From Acidobacteriota bacterium (GTDB taxonomy: Bacteria; Acidobacteriota; Vicinamibacteria; Vicinamibacterales; JACQTH01), in NCBI GenBank assembly GCA_016178075.1, contig JACOUA010000042.1:1-53519 (forward strand): a stretch of DNA of 53,519 bases, in the 5' to 3' direction. A program made the position numbers and the translations under genes. Shown here in pieces: positions 1 through 8,029 of this stretch (position 1 is its first letter; every line of letters starts with the position of its first letter). The notes under the pieces were generated by a model, which was given only the letters and a program-made list of their open reading frames with translations, searched no databases and was not told the origin of the DNA.

Positions 1-71
1 AACGTGCGCGACACGGTCGCGGTCGAGACCCGAGCGCGCTTGGCGACTTCGTGGATGCTTCGGAACGGCAC
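1..71 (-). CDS. LacI-family transcriptional regulator, N-terminal HTH (runs off window edge)
   Basis: Manual translation from GTG at 71: VPFRSIHEVAKRARVSTATVSRT, a classic LacI HTH; too short for the ORF track. Confidence 0.85.
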   Translation of the reverse strand, partial: MPFRSIHEVAKRARVSTATVSRT

Positions 72-114
72 GAGACAGGGGTGAGTATCGATGATAGGCC
101 GCACGCGGTTTCGA

Positions 115-128
115 TGCAACCGATTACA
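115..128. promoter_or_regulatory. LacI-type operator-like palindrome TGCAACCGATTACA
   Basis: Imperfect 14-bp palindrome with central CG, ~45 bp upstream of the LacI start; 13/14 identical to 2390-2403. Confidence 0.65.
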
Positions 129-159
129 CCGGATTCATCGGTCGAGCGCCGATCGTGCG

Positions 160-1476
160 TTACCGCGGACTTCGGCTGACCGGCGCGGGCGTCACTCCAT
201 CCCAGCGAGCGTCACCCGTTTGTCTGTAGTCGCGCGGCAGCGTGTCCCAGTCCGGCCGCGTCATGCCATTCAGGTCGTAGACCACCTTCCCCGCTCGAAC
301 CGTCAGCTCGCAGCTGAGCTTCTGCGTGCCTCGCAATCGAGCCCCGTACACATCGACGAAGCCGAACTGACCGTGCTCGAGCCGGAACACCGCGATATCA
401 GCAACGGCTCCTGGTGACAGGTGACCCAATTCTTCGCGTCGAATCTCTCGGGCAGGATTCCAGGTGGCGCGAAGCATCACGTCTTCGATCGACAATCCCA
501 TCGCCAGAAACTTGTCCATCACGTTGAGCAGGTCCTTCATCCCGGCGTTCATGCTGCTCGTGTGGAGATCGGTGGAAATGGAATCGGGGAGGAACCCCGC
601 TTTCACCGCCGGGACGGCAATCCGCCACAAGAAGCTGCCGCCTCCGTGCCCGACATCGAACATCACCCCGCGTTTTCGCGCCTCCAAGAGGGCGGGATTC
701 ACACGGCCAGACTCGTCCTGCTCATTCCGAAGCCCGGAATACACGTGGGTGTAGATGTCGCCCGGCCGGAGCTTCCTGGTGACGAGCTCACTCATGGGGC
801 GCTCGGAGCGATTGCTTCCGAAGTCCACCATGACCGGCAGGTTCGCCAGCGTACCGGCTTCGACAGCCCGCTCAACGGGCGTCCACTCCGGGCCGGCATA
901 GTGAGCCGTCTTGATGCCCACAATCACGCTCTTGAAGCGACGCGCCATCTCCGCCGCCGGCCTGGCGTCCATGTCGGCCAGGTCCTGTTCGAATTTCCCG
1001 CCCCGCATGCCATGGCCGACAATATTGAGGAGCGCCAGGACCCGCGTCTTGGATCGATCGATGATGCGCTGCTTGAAGTCCTCGAAGTTCCTCCAGCCCG
1101 CGCATCCAGCATCGATCACGGTGGTCACGCCAGCCCGAAACGTGAAGCCGTCGGGATACACGCTGTTATCGCCGGCATAGGAATCTCGTTCGCCGGTCCC
1201 GGCGTACACATGAACGTGGATGTCGACGAGCCCAGGCGTCACATAATGACCCGACACGTCGACGACTTTGAAGGCCGCGGCAGGATCGATGGCGGCTGCG
1301 ACGAGGGCGACCTTGCCGTCCGCAATGGCGATGTCACGAACCGCGCTGATCTTGTTCCTGGGATCAACGACATGACCGCCCTTCAAGAGAAGATCGTACT
1401 TTTGCTGAGCCGAGACGCCGCTCATCCAGACAAGAACAGGAAGTATCCCGGCAGCGCACCTGGTCCTCAGTCTCAT
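160..1476 (-). CDS. Secreted amidohydrolase/deacetylase (dihydroorotase-like, EF_0837-type)
   Basis: PGLVDIHVH, GVTTVIDAG, GIKT, DVGHGGGSF and ISTDLH motifs; signal peptide ending VSA-QQ; ATG 1476 preceded by GGAGTG. Confidence 0.85.
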   Translation of the reverse strand: MRLRTRCAAGILPVLVWMSGVSAQQKYDLLLKGGHVVDPRNKISAVRDIAIADGKVALVAAAIDPAAAFKVVDVSGHYVTPGLVDIHVHVYAGTGERDSYAGDNSVYPDGFTFRAGVTTVIDAGCAGWRNFEDFKQRIIDRSKTRVLALLNIVGHGMRGGKFEQDLADMDARPAAEMARRFKSVIVGIKTAHYAGPEWTPVERAVEAGTLANLPVMVDFGSNRSERPMSELVTRKLRPGDIYTHVYSGLRNEQDESGRVNPALLEARKRGVMFDVGHGGGSFLWRIAVPAVKAGFLPDSISTDLHTSSMNAGMKDLLNVMDKFLAMGLSIEDVMLRATWNPAREIRREELGHLSPGAVADIAVFRLEHGQFGFVDVYGARLRGTQKLSCELTVRAGKVVYDLNGMTRPDWDTLPRDYRQTGDARWDGVTPAPVSRSPR

Positions 1477-1532
1477 GACATCACTCCGGGCGAGAGTCGC
1501 GTCCGTTGGGAACATCGATCGACGGGCGTGAG

Positions 1533-1649
1533 TCAGATGACTACGATCACGTCGATCTCGACCAGCGAGTTTCCGGGGATGCCGCCCGCCGCCGCAATGG
1601 TGGTTCGGACAGGAGGCCCGGGGCCGAAGCGGCCCTGAAACATCTCGTT
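1533..1649 (-). pseudogene. RidA/YjgF family C-terminal remnant
   Basis: NEMFQGRFGPGPPVRTTIAAAGGIPGNSLVEIDVIV matches the RidA C-terminus; N-terminal two thirds absent. Confidence 0.75.
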
Positions 1650-1659
1650 AGAGGGTCGT

Positions 1660-1682
1660 CGCGGGGCGGTCCCACCCCCGCG
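1660..1682. repeat. Short GC palindrome CGCGGGG-cggtcccac-CCCCGCG; relatives at 20497-20520 and 40230-40256
   Basis: 7-bp inverted repeat containing the CCCACCCCC core shared with the two other sites. Confidence 0.5.
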
Positions 1683-1690
1683 ACCTGCCA

Positions 1691-2296
1691 CTATCCGCGC
1701 GCGTAGCTGTGCCGTCTGGCGCTCCACCGGGCCCTCAAGTACTCACCCATGTCAAGGTCGCCGGACATGCCGTCATCGTCGACCTTGCCCGTGAAGGTGA
1801 ACGACAGCGCGTTGCCGATCGCGTTCTCCGGCAGACTGCTGCGAAACTGAACGGCGCTGCCGTCGATGGTGCCGGTCAGATCACGCGCCACGAACTCGCC
1901 ACGGTGCACCCCCTGTATCAGGCCGCCCTGCTGCTGGAGCGACACCGAGTGCTCACCGGCGCTGGCTCCGAAGTCGATGTGAACATCCCACACGCCCGTC
2001 AGGTCCACGACGGGTGACTTCGGTGACTCCGGCGCGGTCGAGACACGCGCCGCCGACAGCACGGCATGGAGGCGGTCGGCGACCCGGGCCTCGTCTCCGG
2101 GCGCGAGGTTGAACGCCGTGATCGACACGCCGTTTTGCGCACCTCGGGAAGCGCCGACCAGAATTCGCGGCTCGGTCGTATCGAGAATCTGGGAGACCTG
2201 CTGGCCGGTGATCCCCAGCTTCGCAGCGTCCCAGCGGACGTTCAGCCCGGGGCTTCCGCTCCTGAAGAAATCGCGCCGGGTGAGTCTACGAGACAT
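1691..2296 (-). pseudogene. SelA-like/DgaE-like PLP protein with internal in-frame deletion (Tat motif joined directly to C-terminal domains)
   Basis: TRRDFF twin-arginine motif with no hydrophobic region, followed directly by SPGLNVRWD...EPRI...LAPGDEARVADRL; no PLP-binding domain; next to RidA and amidohydrolase. Confidence 0.6.
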
Positions 2297-2389
2297 GCTC
2301 CCTCCCCTTCGTCACTGCGTTGGCGTCTGTGGCACGCGTTATCGGACCTTTCAGGCGCTTGCCCGGCCCGGCCGGTCCTGCTATTCTCC

Positions 2390-2403
2390 TGCAACCGTTT
2401 ACA
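2390..2403. promoter_or_regulatory. LacI-type operator-like palindrome TGCAACCGTTTACA in divergent promoter region
   Basis: Second copy of the 115-128 motif, between divergent starts at 2296 and 2579. Confidence 0.65.
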
Positions 2404-2578
2404 TCCGGTGCAGTGAAATAATTGGGTGTGCCAAAGCCCACGGGTGCGGATGCCGGGAGCGGGCGGGTCACACCGCCCGCTCTTTCGCAGAAAAGTCCGT
2501 GTCGAGGTGCTCAATGGGTGGCGGTCGAAGCTGTTTCCGACATTCCACTGACATGAGCGGAAGAAAGGTTGGCGACCG

Positions 2579-3553
2579 ATGCGTTATTCGAGACGCGAAT
2601 TCGGGAAGCTCGCCCTGGCAGGTCTCCCCGCCTCCTGGGCGATCGCGAACAGCCCGCTGTCGGCGCAAGCGAGCATCGATTCCAAGATCAACGGCGTCCA
2701 GATCGGCGCCATCACCTACAGCTTCCGCACCATGCCGAACGCCGAGGACATCATCAAAGCCTACGTCACGATCGGTCTTGGCGAAATGGAGCTGATGTCC
2801 AACCATGCCGAAGCGCTCGCGGGCGCCCCGAGCAGTGGAGGCGGCGGCCGTGGCCGCGGGACGCTGACCCCGGAACAGGAGGCCGCGCGGGAAGCCGCGG
2901 CGAAGGCCTCTCAGGAGTGGCGCATGTCCGCGACAGAGGCCACCTTCAAGCCGGTCCGGCAGAAGATCGAAGATGCCGGCATCGACCTGCGGCTGCTCTG
3001 CTACAACATGAACGTCCGCAATACCAAGGATGACGAGATCGAGTACGCCTTCATGATGGCGAAAGGGCTCGGCGTCAGCGCCATCTCGACCTCCACGCAG
3101 GTCAGCATGGCGAAACGCCTGGCGCCGTTCGCCGAGAAACACCGGATGCTGGTCGGCTTCCACGGCCACGCGAACGTCACGAATCCCGATGAAGTCGCGA
3201 CGCCCGAAAGCTTCGAGGCGGTCATGGCCGCATCGAAATACCTCGGGGCGAATCTCGACATCGGTCACTACACCGAGGCCGGCTATGACCCCGTCGCGTT
3301 CATCAAGCAGCACCACGCGCGCATCACGAACTTGCACTTGAAAGACAAGAAGAAGGCAACGAACGGCGGCGGCAACACGCCGTGGGGTGCAGGCGACACG
3401 CCGATCAAGGACGTGCTGCAGCTCCTGCGCAAGGAGAAGTGGCCGATCCCGGCGAACATCGAGTTCGAGTACGCAGGCGATCCGCTGGTGGAGATGCCGA
3501 AGTGCTTCCAGTTCTGCAAGGAGGCGCTCACGACCACCCCGCTCCCCTGGTGA
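2579..3553 (+). CDS. Tat-exported sugar phosphate isomerase/epimerase (xylose isomerase-like TIM barrel)
   Basis: SRREFGK Tat motif; ITYSFR, NLDIGH, LHLKD and NIEFEY motifs. Confidence 0.85.
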   Translation: MRYSRREFGKLALAGLPASWAIANSPLSAQASIDSKINGVQIGAITYSFRTMPNAEDIIKAYVTIGLGEMELMSNHAEALAGAPSSGGGGRGRGTLTPEQEAAREAAAKASQEWRMSATEATFKPVRQKIEDAGIDLRLLCYNMNVRNTKDDEIEYAFMMAKGLGVSAISTSTQVSMAKRLAPFAEKHRMLVGFHGHANVTNPDEVATPESFEAVMAASKYLGANLDIGHYTEAGYDPVAFIKQHHARITNLHLKDKKKATNGGGNTPWGAGDTPIKDVLQLLRKEKWPIPANIEFEYAGDPLVEMPKCFQFCKEALTTTPLPW

Positions 3554-3585
3554 AGCGATCGCGGTAGCGCTGGACGACCGCGTCT

Positions 3586-4164
3586 GTGCTAGTATCCGGC
3601 GCATTCAACGAAATCGCGGCTCGAAACGACCAAACGCCACGGTACCAGGGCAGCGTGGAGGGGAGCTACGGCAACATCGCGAAGGCGGTCGTCCGTGACT
3701 GGCAGGTCAACGGCGTGTTCGGTGCCTTCAGCGGTACGCCCTTCACGGTGACGGCGAGTGGCACCGTGTTGAACACGCCCGGCAACACCCAGACGGCGGA
3801 TCTCGTCGGCACGGTGACGACACTTGGCAAGATTGGTTCGAGCGGCACGTACTTCGATCCTGCCGCCTGGGAGCAGCCAACCGGCATCCGCTTCGGGAAC
3901 ACCGGACGGAACCAGTTCCGCGGTCCGGGCGGGTGGAACCTCGACTTCTCGGTGTTCCGCTCGTTCCCGATGCGCGAGACGAGCCGGCTCGAGCTCCGGA
4001 TCGAAGCCGCGAGCGTCCTGAATCACCCGGTGTTCGCGAACCCGAACACCAATAGGAACAGCGGCACGTTCATGGTCATCTCGGGCATTGCGGGCGGCAC
4101 GGGGCTCACCAACGCCGCATACATCGAACGGCAGGTCCGGCTGGGACTGCGGTATAGCTTCTAG
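3586..4164 (+). pseudogene. C-terminal remnant of an Oar-like TonB-dependent receptor
   Basis: WQVNGV...SGTPFTV, FGNTGRNQFRGPG, NLDFSVFRSF, RQVRLGLRYSF with terminal Phe; only ~170 aa of a typically >1000-aa protein; no signal peptide. Confidence 0.8.
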
Positions 4165-4182
4165 CGCGTCAAAGTCACCTCC

Positions 4183-4215
4183 ACGGCCCCGTCGAACCGA
4201 CTTCGGCGGGGCCGT
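4183..4215 (+). terminator. Stem-loop after the TonB-receptor remnant
   Basis: ACGGCCCCGTCGAA / TTCGGCGGGGCCGT 14-bp stem with one GU pair; weak U tract. Confidence 0.5.
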
Positions 4216-4234
4216 TCTGGTCACTGGACAGATC

Positions 4235-5134
4235 ATGACGATCAGTTTCAAACGCGTCACGGTCGTCGTCGCGTGTTTGACCACAGGCGTTGGCATCGCC
4301 GCGCCGTCAGCCACACAATCGTCTCGGGGCGCGGCCCCGCCGGCCTTTGCGGCCATCCAGGGAGGACGCGGGAGCAGCGAACCAGCAGGCGTCGCACGAC
4401 TTCGAGCCTTCGATCAAGCAGCAGTCGTCCGTGGCCGAGCAGTCTTTGGCGGTCGCTGCGCCTCGTGCCACAGCTCCAGCGGGCGGGGTGGGGCGGCCCT
4501 TCCCGGGCCGGACTTGATCCGCTCCGTCCTCGTCTTGCAAGATCTCAACGGGAAACGGATTAGCGAATACCTGAAGGTCGTCGGGCCGACCAAACGCCAT
4601 CCCACCTTCAGCGACCTGACCGACGCGCAAGTCTCCGACCTCGCCACGCTTCTGCACCGCGAGATTACGTATGCGGCGGAGCGATCGAACTACAAGGTGC
4701 TGAACATCCTCACCGGAGATGCCAGGGCCGGCGAGGCGTATTTCCATGGCGCCGGTGGATGCCACACCTGTCATTCGGCGACCGGCGATCTGAGGGGCAT
4801 CGGCGCGAGACTCGATCCTCCGGTCATTCAGGGCCTGATCGTGTCAGGCGGCAGCGGAGGACGAGGGGGCCCCGAGTCCTCGACGCGCGCCGCCACGGCG
4901 ACCATCACGCTGCCTTCAGGTCAGACCGTCACGGGCGTTCTCGTTCGGCTGACCGACTTCGACATCACCATTCGAGATGCGTCGGGCGCGCCGCGTTCCT
5001 GGCTGCGCAACGGCGACAGTCCCAAGATTCACGTGAGCGATCCGCTTCAAGGCCATATCGATCTCCTGCCAAAGTACACGGATACGGACATCCATAACCT
5101 GACGGCCTACCTGGTCAGCCTGAAGGAGTCGTGA
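4235..5134 (+). CDS. Diheme c-type cytochrome (quinoprotein partner, copy 1)
   Basis: Signal peptide; CASCH and CHTCH heme motifs; paralog of 12416-13360. Confidence 0.85.
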   Translation: MTISFKRVTVVVACLTTGVGIAAPSATQSSRGAAPPAFAAIQGGRGSSEPAGVARLRAFDQAAVVRGRAVFGGRCASCHSSSGRGGAALPGPDLIRSVLVLQDLNGKRISEYLKVVGPTKRHPTFSDLTDAQVSDLATLLHREITYAAERSNYKVLNILTGDARAGEAYFHGAGGCHTCHSATGDLRGIGARLDPPVIQGLIVSGGSGGRGGPESSTRAATATITLPSGQTVTGVLVRLTDFDITIRDASGAPRSWLRNGDSPKIHVSDPLQGHIDLLPKYTDTDIHNLTAYLVSLKES

Positions 5135-5141
5135 AACCAAG

Positions 5142-6797
5142 ATGAGCACGCGGCGAACGTTCGGGTCCCTGCTTCTGGCGGCACTGCCGGCGGTGCTTTC
5201 CGGACAGGGTCAAGGTCTCGATCCGTCCGTGCTGGGCAAGCCGCCGGTTGATGCCTGGCCGACGTATCATGGCGATTTCACGGGCCGGCGCTACAGCACG
5301 CTGAACCAGATCAACTCGTCCAACATCAAGACGCTGTCGCTGGCCTGGATCTACCGCGCCGACCCCTCGTTGGACGGTCCGAATTCGGGCGGCGAATACA
5401 AGCCGGGCGATCCTTACTACTGGGGCGGCCCTCCCACTAGCGTGACCATGAAGGCGACACCGTTGATGGTCAACGGCGTTCTCTATGTGTCGGCTCCGGA
5501 CCACGCGTATGCCGTCGATGCGCGCACCGGCAAGGAAACCTGGCACTATGCCTGGCGCACTCGCGGCGGCATCCACATCGGCAATCGCGGCATGGGGATG
5601 CACGGCACCTCCCTATTTTTCGAGACCCCCGACTGCTATCTCGTCTCGCTCGACGCGGCCACGGGCCAGGAACGCTGGCACAAAGAGATTGCCGACGTGA
5701 GGCAGCAATACTTCTGCACGCCGGCACCGATCGTCATCAAGAACCACGTCATCGTGGGCATCGGCGGCGATTCCCTCGACGTGCAGGGTTATCTGGAATC
5801 GCGCGATCCGGAGACAGGCGACCTCGAGTGGCGCTGGTACACGACGCCGCAGAAGATGGACGACGTGGGCTCCGACACGTGGCCGGATGTGTACTCCATG
5901 ACCCACGGCGGGGGTATGACGTGGCAGCCGCCGACCTACGATCCCGAGCTGAACCTCATCTATGTGCCGACCGGCAATCCGAATCCGGTGTTCGCCCCGC
6001 AGAGCCGCAAGGGCGACAATCTCTTTACCTGCTCCATCGTCGCCTTGAACGCCGATACGGGAAGGATGGTGTGGTTCTTCCAAACCTCGCCGCACGACAC
6101 ACACGATTGGGACAGCACGCAGGTTCCTGTGCTGTTCGACGCGACGATCGACGGTCAGCCGCGCAAGCTGCTGGCACAGGCGGCGCGAAACGGATACTTC
6201 TTTCTGCTGGATCGCACCAATGGCAAGAGCCTGCTGACGGTCCCCTACGCAGATTTCATGAATTGGTCGCTGGGCGTGAACGCCAAGGGGCAGCCGATCC
6301 CCGATCCGAAGAAAGACCCGACGGTCGACGGCGTGCTGGTCTCGCCGGGCTCGGCGACCAACTGGCCGCCGCCAAGCTACAGCCCGCAGACCGGGCTCTT
6401 CTATGTTGGCACGTCGCAGGGCTACAGCCTGAACTACCTCACCGACACCGACGAACATCCGCAAGGTTTTGGCGGCGGGAGCGTCGGCGGTGGCGGAAGT
6501 GGCGGCCGGACGAACTCCCTCAAGGCCATCGACCCGAAGAGCGGCAAAATGGTGTGGCGACACCCGCTGTCGCAGGGGGGCGTGATGGGCCTGCTGAGCA
6601 CAGCCGGCGGCCTGCTGTTCGGCAGCGACGGCTCGGGCAATTTCGTCGCCTATGATGCCGCGACCGGTCACCCGCTCTGGCATGCGGGGCTCCTGTCGAA
6701 CCCGAGCAATGGGCCGACGACCTACATGCTCGACGGTCGCCAGTTCGTGGTGATCGGCGCCGGGGATTGCCTCTACGCCTTTACACTGGCTCAGTAG
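5142..6797 (+). CDS. PQQ-type beta-propeller dehydrogenase, acido-empty-quinoprotein group A-like (copy 1)
   Basis: WPTYHGD...RYSTL, GNRG, YDPELNLIY, TGNPNP, GDNLFT, PHDTHDWD, RNG and TNWPP motifs; signal peptide. Confidence 0.85.
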   Translation: MSTRRTFGSLLLAALPAVLSGQGQGLDPSVLGKPPVDAWPTYHGDFTGRRYSTLNQINSSNIKTLSLAWIYRADPSLDGPNSGGEYKPGDPYYWGGPPTSVTMKATPLMVNGVLYVSAPDHAYAVDARTGKETWHYAWRTRGGIHIGNRGMGMHGTSLFFETPDCYLVSLDAATGQERWHKEIADVRQQYFCTPAPIVIKNHVIVGIGGDSLDVQGYLESRDPETGDLEWRWYTTPQKMDDVGSDTWPDVYSMTHGGGMTWQPPTYDPELNLIYVPTGNPNPVFAPQSRKGDNLFTCSIVALNADTGRMVWFFQTSPHDTHDWDSTQVPVLFDATIDGQPRKLLAQAARNGYFFLLDRTNGKSLLTVPYADFMNWSLGVNAKGQPIPDPKKDPTVDGVLVSPGSATNWPPPSYSPQTGLFYVGTSQGYSLNYLTDTDEHPQGFGGGSVGGGGSGGRTNSLKAIDPKSGKMVWRHPLSQGGVMGLLSTAGGLLFGSDGSGNFVAYDAATGHPLWHAGLLSNPSNGPTTYMLDGRQFVVIGAGDCLYAFTLAQ

Positions 6798-6838
6798 CGA
6801 AGCTTCGCTTCGTTACTAGGCGGTTCCCCTTCACGGAC

Positions 6839-8029
6839 ATGTACGGACGGTTCGGCGCCGCGGCGGTGCTGGCGCTTCTCCCGATCGTGTCTCCTGCGGC
6901 CGCGCAGACGACGCTGCCGCCGCTTCCTCGTCTCGCGCTCGACGTCTACCCCGCGTCCGCCCGCGACGCCGTCTCACGCGCACACCGACGCGCGTCCGCA
7001 CGATCCACCGACCCGGACGCCGTGGGCGCGCTCGGCCGGATGCTCCATGCGTGGGAGCGGTGGAGCGCTGCACACGAAGCGTACGCGAGGTCGCAGGTGC
7101 TCGCGCCGCGCGTATTCGAGTGGCACTACCTGGACGCGGTCGTGCTGCAGCGCCTCGCACGACATGACGAAGCCGCTCGGCGGCTGCGGGAAGCGCTGGC
7201 GGTCTCGCCGGGTTACCTGCCGGCACGCCTGAAGCTCGCCGAAGCGCTGCTCGAGACCGGCGAGCTCGAGGAGGCCAGGCCTTTGTTCGAAGTACTGACC
7301 GGCGAGCCGGCGTGCGAGCCCGCGGCCCATCTCGGGCTCGGACGCATCGAGGCCGCTGAGGGCCGCCACGACGCGGCCATCCCTCATTTGCAGCACGCTC
7401 TTGCGCTGGTCCCCGAATTCGGCGCCGCGCACGAAGCGGCGCTCGCTCGCGACCCGTCGTTCGCCCAGGCGCACGCGAACCTGATCACGCTGTATGGCCG
7501 CGCACGCAACTGGATCAAGGCCGAAGAACACTACCGGGCCGTCGTGGCATTGGGGGTCAATCTGGGCGACGCTCACTACGATTACGGCGTGCTGCTTGGC
7601 CTGCAAGAGAAGTGGGACCGCGCGGCGGAGGCCTATCAGCAGGCGCTCGCCGTCAATCCGCAGCACGCCGAGGCCCACAACAATCTTGGCCAGACGCTCG
7701 AGCGCGAGCAAAACTTCGACGCGGCGGCCGCGGCGTACCGACACGCCGTCGACAGTCAACCGGCCTTCCGGCTCGCGCGGTTCAATCTGGGTCGCGTGCT
7801 CCTCGCGCTCGGTCGTGCGCAGGAGGCCATCGTGGAACTCGAGAAGCTGACCCAGCCACGCGACGCCGAGGCGCCGCGCTATCTCTTTGCGCTCGCCAGC
7901 GCGTACGTCAGGTCTGGCGACAAAGACAGAGGGATCACGTGGGCCACGGAAGCCAGGCGACTGGCCCTGGAGCACGGACAGCACGACCTCGCAGCGGCGA
8001 TCGAACGCGACCTCGCGCGGTTGAAATGA
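6839..8029 (+). CDS. Secreted TPR-repeat protein (probable in-frame internal deletion near 7430)
   Basis: Multiple TPR motifs (AHYDYG, AHNNLG, ARFNLG); ATGA overlap with the next gene. Confidence 0.8.
   Translation: MYGRFGAAAVLALLPIVSPAAAQTTLPPLPRLALDVYPASARDAVSRAHRRASARSTDPDAVGALGRMLHAWERWSAAHEAYARSQVLAPRVFEWHYLDAVVLQRLARHDEAARRLREALAVSPGYLPARLKLAEALLETGELEEARPLFEVLTGEPACEPAAHLGLGRIEAAEGRHDAAIPHLQHALALVPEFGAAHEAALARDPSFAQAHANLITLYGRARNWIKAEEHYRAVVALGVNLGDAHYDYGVLLGLQEKWDRAAEAYQQALAVNPQHAEAHNNLGQTLEREQNFDAAAAAYRHAVDSQPAFRLARFNLGRVLLALGRAQEAIVELEKLTQPRDAEAPRYLFALASAYVRSGDKDRGITWATEARRLALEHGQHDLAAAIERDLARLK

Noticed and set aside
1691-2296. True selenocysteine synthase SelA or a Sec system
   Set aside because: No selB/selC/selD, no PLP domain; Tat motif and context fit SelA-related catabolic enzymes
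7612-8025. Long N-terminal extensions in the ORF track (also 4088, 12806, 12821, 26986, 40281, 45561, 47563, 48937, 50058, 52537)
   Set aside because: They overlap neighbouring genes or repeats; downstream starts with RBS, signal peptides or ATGA coupling fit better
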